A model generated the notes under the pieces. It was not told the DNA's origin and ran no database searches. It saw only the letters and a program-made list of their open reading frames with translations. A stretch of 64,000 nt of DNA from Eledone cirrhosa. Taxonomy: Eukaryota. Shown here one piece after another: positions 52,637 to 64,000 of the stretch (the first letter of the stretch is position 1; each line of letters opens with the position of its first letter). A program made the position numbers and the translations under genes. Location: contig OZ024743.1 in the NCBI GenBank assembly GCA_964016885.1, positions 312,356,001-312,420,000 of the forward strand, written 5' to 3'.

Positions 52637-52984
52637 GGGAAGGGAGAAATTTTTGGATGCTATACCTGACATAATAAAAAAACAAAAATACCCCTAACAT
52701 TTGTCGGAATATCAATCACGAGAGTAGATAAATAAATATATAAATACATAAATAAGAAATTATAGAAAAGGAAAGAAAATCCCTACATTATGTAATATTC
52801 CCAGTCACCCCTAAATTTTCCCTAAATTTCAAAACAGGGAGGGAAAAGTCCGAGGGTTAAAATCCCAAATGATGGTACCTCAAATACTAGTGTATCCCTT
52901 CGCATGACAGTTTAAAGCAATACATATGATCGCTTTGATGACTCTTATTCGTTTCTAAGGGTCTCGTTTTTTTCTCTTCTTTCT

Positions 52985-53035
<51 letters not shown>

Positions 53036-53349
53036 CTAAAACGAGGGGATGGTCGTGGCTGGAATATTGTCGATCATAATGGAATTCTGTGGTTTAGTCA
53101 AGGTTGACCTAGGGCTAAACAACAACCTTTGCCCCTCAGGTGAAGAGGCCTTTCTATCATGGAACGGGAATATTGTGATGGGACCCGACTTTTCCCCTCC
53201 CCCTCGGTCTAGCCCCGCAGGTACAGTTGAGTCGACTTAAGAGTATACCCTCGGGAATGGAAAATAGTATACTCTTAATCGGGCTAAGTAAAAATATTCC
53301 ATAGTATTATTATTTTGAGTTTTTCAATGATTAATAATCGCTTTCTTAT

Positions 53350-53520
53350 CGTTTAAAATGCAAGTCAACAAAACTCTCTTGCAACATTGTAGAGTGAATT
53401 TAAAATTTTATAAGCTTCAGCTTTGAGAAACTACTCTCACCATTTTCCATCGATACTGGAAGTGTGAAAAGGATGCTCAATAGCATCATTTGAGTAATAT
53501 AAACATTTTTCCAGATTTTA
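53350..53520 (-). mobile_element. hAT transposase C-terminal dimerization-domain remnant
   Basis: LLSILFTLPVSMENGESSFSKLKLIK resembles LTIPVTxAxxERSFSKLKLIK. Confidence 0.7.
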
Positions 53521-53575
53521 GAATTATTCCAGTTTATCATTATTCCGAACTTACAAGGAAAAAATACGTATATAC

Positions 53576-53717
53576 GAGAAAAATGGCGCCAAACTTTTCG
53601 TATATATGTGTATACGTATATACGTATACACATATTTAGGGGTAATATCACGTGAACACAATCACGTGAGAAATCACATTATTCTTTCAAAAGGAAAAGT
53701 TTGGCGCCATTTTTCTC
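53576..53717. promoter_or_regulatory. Candidate promoter: inverted E2F/YY1-like 24-mers around two TCACGTGA E-boxes
   Basis: 53576-53599 is the exact reverse complement of 53694-53717; TCACGTGA at 53648 and 53662. Confidence 0.45.
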
Positions 53718-54113
53718 CAGAGAATAGCAACAATCGCAGGAAAAATGAAGAAAGAGTAAAAGCAAAAGATAAGAAAATGTAAGTAATATCAAATAATTAT
53801 TAAAAAGGTTACAGGAGTCGGATTACACGAATAATTAAGTTTCATACATACATATATATATGTGTGTATGTATGTATATTGTATTTTATCTGATGAAAGC
53901 GGTGGCCTTTGAAATATGTATAAAATAAATATGGTTTTATAAATATGTATATGTAAAAAAAAAATTATCAGCAATTCAATGTATTAAATTAAGATTTTAT
54001 TGTTTTATATTTTGTATCTGGGCTCTGTAATACATTTGAAAATTTACATTGACCCTTTTCTACTACCATCCATATTTATAATCATATATAAGTAAAAATA
54101 TTATTATTATTAC

Positions 54114-54156
<43 letters not shown>

Positions 54157-54844
54157 ATATATATATATATATATATGTGTGTATATATAATATTTATTTT
54201 ATTATACTTATTTCGAAGACATATGTCATTTGTATAATATCTGCCCTACGTGTTTTCTTCCGAGAAAAATCCATGCAAGATGTAAATATCCGTTGATATG
54301 AGATATTCGTTGATATCCGTTGATATGAGAACACGTACAGCAGATGTTACCATCTTTCTTGTTTATTATTATAACCCGTCGAGGTTAACTTTGCCTTTCA
54401 TCCTTATGGGGTCGATAAACTAAAGTACCAGTAATACACTGGATATTTGCTGGCCTTGTGCCAAAGTAGAAACAATTATTATAATAAAACTCCGGATAAA
54501 AATAAACTGTTGGGTGTTTGTCATCTCTTATGAAATCAACCAACTTTCCTTAGTTGAATAAATATATGTATGTATATATATACGTATATTTTCTTTAATA
54601 TTGCAACATTAAAGGAATATATATTTCTGAAAGAATCGCGAGCAATTTATAATGTTATTTAAGCATTGGTAATGTTATTTATGTATACATTTAAAACATA
54701 TGTGCTATGTTATTCTACTGTAAATTTATTTATATGCTTTGTATATATTATATATACACAAATAATGAATCTGTATATTAAAATATCGTTTGTATTATTC
54801 AATCAGTTTATTGAACAACTAGAATGCTCATCGTCAAGTACTTT

Positions 54845-54914
<70 letters not shown>

Positions 54915-54944
54915 ATGTATGTATGAATCTATATATATGTATGT

Positions 54945-55189
54945 CAGGTCACCAGTTGGTGCTACTGGTAACATGTATCCCAGTACAACCTGTCTCATGG
55001 TCGGGTCGTTGGCGATTAAACTGGCAACCCCACCAAGGTTTCTTGGTGAGGAGGGTTTAGTCCTGCAGGACTAAAAACAAAACCTGTCAAAGGGCAAAGG
55101 AGCTCTTAAGAGTCAATGGCCATCCAAAATCACCGGGAGAGATGACTCCTTAGCTTTTGTCAAGGCAGAATTCTTGGAGAAGGAAAACT
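54945..55189 (+). mobile_element. RTE 5' UTR fragment (same family as 1407-1960)
   Basis: Reverse complement of 1760-1960. Confidence 0.7.
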
Positions 55190-55588
55190 ATGTATGTATG
55201 TATGTATGTATGTATGTATGTATGTATGTATGTATGTATATGTGTGTATGTATATATATGTATGTATGTATATATATATATGTATGTATATGTATGTATG
55301 TATGTATATATATATATGTATGTATATGTATGTATGTATGTATATATATATATATATGTATGTATATATATATGTATGTATGTATGTATGTAGATGTATG
55401 TATGTAAATATGTATGTATGTATGTAAATATGTATGTATGTATGTAAATATGTATGTATGTATGTATATATGTATGTATTTATATATATATGTATATATA
55501 TATGTATGTATGTATGTATATATGTATGTATGTATATATGTATGTATGTATGTATATATATATGTATGTATGTATATATATATGTATG
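55190..55588. repeat. (TATG)n/(TA)n microsatellite
   Basis: Direct inspection. Confidence 0.95.
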
Positions 55589-57310
55589 TTTTCTCTTTCT
55601 CTTAATTTTGAGTATATTTTTTTGACCGGCCACCTTCCTGGTGGCAAGGTTGTAAAAGAAAAGAAATTGTCATCCCTTGAATCGCAAGAATGTTTTGCAA
55701 ATTTTGAAGGTGCCAGCTATCGCAGCCATTTGTAGACTATGAATTAGGGAGCTGCGCTTTTTGTCCGCAAATCCAAGTTCAGTCATACTTTGGTCCAAGC
55801 GGGTTGGTATATAACCCGTAGCACCAATAATGATGGGTATTAAGCTAAAGGTGTATCTTGGATACTGGATTTGTAAACTCCTCATCAATGGTCCGTAGAT
55901 GTCCTCCTTCTCCTGTATTTTTCTGACAACGTTTACATCAAGTGGGCAGCTGATCTCCACAACAGAACACGTTTTCAATGTGTGGTCCCAAACTACAATA
56001 TCAAGCCGGTTGTGCTTTAATCTGGTGGCAGTTTTTATTTTCAGGTTCCACCAGTATTCCTTAGTGCCATCTGTCTCAATATATTCTTCCTCGTTTGTTG
56101 TTAATTTTGTTTTCCGAAGTGCGTTCCAGATGGTTCTAGCTATCCCATCGTGTCTCATGGGGAGGTAGTAGCGAGATGACATTCTTTCGCAGCTGGCAAC
56201 AATGTGGCTTACATCCTCGATCTTTGTTTTACATAGCCTACATTTATTGTCAGCTGCTGGCCCTCCTCTTTTGTGCAGCAGATATTTGGTAGGGAGTTCT
56301 TGTTCCTGTATTGCATAGAGATATCCCTCAAGGTGTGATGTCATAAACTTGTCGGAACTCCATGCCAGGCTTTTTGAGTGGTTTATCCCCTCTATGGTCT
56401 GTGTTTTACGCCTCAAGTATCCATGCACAACTTTTTCTGTAAATTGGTCAATTTTTTTTTCTTGTTTGAACATTGAATAGGATCTTCCGATTTCTCTGGG
56501 TGAGAGATTTATATCGGGCTTTATTCCATATCTCTCCTCCAGATCAGTCGCTATTCTAATGATATTTCTTTTTTCATGGTCATAAACCTGGGCAAGATGG
56601 TTGCCAACCTTTTTCCTCTGTTGAAGGTGTTGCTTCAGTGTCACTATCCGGGTCTCATATGTTGTTAATATTGATTTTAGACCCCGGCCACCTTCCTTGC
56701 GTGAGAAGTATAGCCTATCCACATCACCATTGATGTTAAAGTTCCCAGTAACACTGAGAAGTTTTCGAGTTCTAACATCCATCTCACTTAGTTCTTGCAA
56801 TGACCAGTTCAGTAGGCCAAATGTTGGCGTTAGAATTGGCACAGCATATGTATTGTGGGCAATGTATTTGTTGTATGCTGACAGTTCTGATGACCATATT
56901 TTCTTTACTCTTCTGAGGTATTCAGTTCTGGTTTTTTCCTTATTTATGGGTCCATCATATCTGATATTCTCATCCTGTCCAAGATATCTGTAGTTGTCAC
57001 CTGACTGCAGAGGCCGTTCATCTCTAGATTTCTAGAGGAGGGCACAGCTCTTCCACGTTTTACTGCCAAATATGCACACTTGGACTCACCAAATTTCATT
57101 TTGATGTCGGTTGAAAATTGTGTAATGAGGTCCAATTGTTTCTTGATGTCATTGATATTTGGCCCATACAACTTCAGGTCATCAAAGAAAAGATGGGAGA
57201 TACTTCTGGTCCCACTTCTTTGTCGACCTTGTTTCCTGAGTAAGTAAGATAGTGGATTCAGTGAGAGAACGAAGAGTAGCACCGACAAGCTATCACCCTG
57301 AAAGATGCCC
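55589..57310 (-). mobile_element. 5'-truncated R4/Dong-like non-LTR retrotransposon (RT + CCHC + RLE nuclease)
   Basis: ISHLFF-DDLKLY, KFGESKCA, DRLYFSRKEGGRGL, CRLC...SHIVASC, RHD, RLDIVVWD...VVEISCP...K..Y. Confidence 0.88.
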
Positions 57311-62958
<5,648 letters not shown>

Positions 62959-62960
<2 letters not shown>

Positions 62961-63852
62961 TATTGACCGGCGTGTATGGATTGACATGTGCCGCATCGAT
63001 TATCATTGCATTTAGATACAGTGAATGATTGGTCTTTGTTGTTAAGGTCAAACTTTGCTTTTGTTAGCAATTGCTTCAAATTCTTTGGCTGTCTTTTACT
63101 AAGAGTCAAAGATCGATCTGTGATTAAGCCTTTTAATTCATTACTTTGAGCAATGATCGGTAGGTTTGCTTTGGCAGTGTTGAAGATATTCTCACATGTC
63201 AATCCATACACACCGGTCAATATATGAAAACAAAAACTGGAAAAATATTCCCAAATGCAAATATGAACTGCAAAAGCAGAAATCTAATTTACTGCATTAA
63301 ATGCCCGAATTGTGAAGAACTATATGTCAGTCAAACTGGAAATGCACTATCGGAACGTGCACGGGTACACCGTCAACAAATCAGAGACCCAAATCAGAGA
63401 CCCAAATCAGAGACCCAAATGATTAATAGAAAATGCTATTTTCATCATTTCAAAAAAAGCAAAACAATTGATACGTTGGATATGACTATTGGTCGTTAGC
63501 ATGCTCAACCAGCAGTGACTCTTAAACCAATCAGCTGTAGTAATTCAGTGAAACTACACACTGATTGGTTGAAATACAGTTTACAGGGCTTTGCATTCTG
63601 GAGCCACTTTTCTCTGTATAAAATGTATAAAAGGTAGGAAATTTACCCATCTCATTACAGTTGAAAATTGCAAACTCGACTGTCACCACATATCATGAAC
63701 CTGAAGATTGCGAAAGCATGAAAGTACTTGTTCAATTAACACTTAGAATTTAATATTCTATCATACTATTTCATTATAATACCATTATATATATTTTGAA
63801 GGATTGTAAATAAAACGAGTAAATCAGACAAAGTTGGAATTCCTCTTATTAA

Positions 63853-63860
<8 letters not shown>
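62959..63860 (+). mobile_element. Penelope-like element 3' end with inverted 5' part, GIY-YIG and hammerhead
   Basis: Minus 62960-63190 KRQPKNLKQLL...[10 protein letters not shown]; plus 63224-63400 MNCKSRNLIYCIKCPNCEELYVSQTGNALSERARVH. Confidence 0.85.
63696..63734 (+). ncRNA. Minimal type I hammerhead ribozyme fold
   Basis: TGAAC-CTGAAGA-TTGC-GAAA-GCAT-GAAA-GTAC-TT-GTTCA: 5-bp stem I, GAAA-capped stem II, palindromic AGTACT stem III. Confidence 0.65.
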
Positions 63861-63915
<55 letters not shown>

Positions 63916-64000
63916 GTGTATATATGTATGTATATGTATATATATATGTATGTATATATGTATATATGTGTATGTATATATGTGTATGTATATATGTGTA

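Noticed and set aside
53721-53778. Possible plus-strand exon (CAG...GTAAGT)
   Set aside because: Only 58 nt, no recognisable product and no partner exons.

Overview
AT-rich, repeat-dense animal genomic DNA; the SINE/RTE repertoire and (TA)n/(CAT)n abundance suggest a cephalopod such as Octopus (inference). Two spliced minus-strand genes can be rebuilt by hand from GT-AG boundaries and reading phase. (1) The 5' part of IQCA1/DRC11 (four exons, 9062-17799), with an in-frame TGA in one symmetric exon. (2) A 7-exon, about 708-aa BTB/POZ protein (24141-47380) with NLS-like basic patches, several SUMO-interacting-motif-like segments, a duplicated first half of the BTB domain and a tandemly duplicated, stop-containing exon. 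The rest is mobile DNA: at least three RTE LINE families with a PHD-type C4HC3 finger inside the RT region, an R4/Dong-like RT-RLE element embedded in a (TA/TATG)n array, Penelope-like GIY-YIG remnants and several hammerhead-ribozyme folds, non-autonomous Helitrons, TTAA (piggyBac-type) and TA (Tc1/mariner-type) MITEs, Tigger and hAT remnants, composite tRNA-SINEs, and a 5.6-kb microsatellite with a higher-order duplication. Coordinates were counted by eye and family names come from remembered motifs, not database searches.
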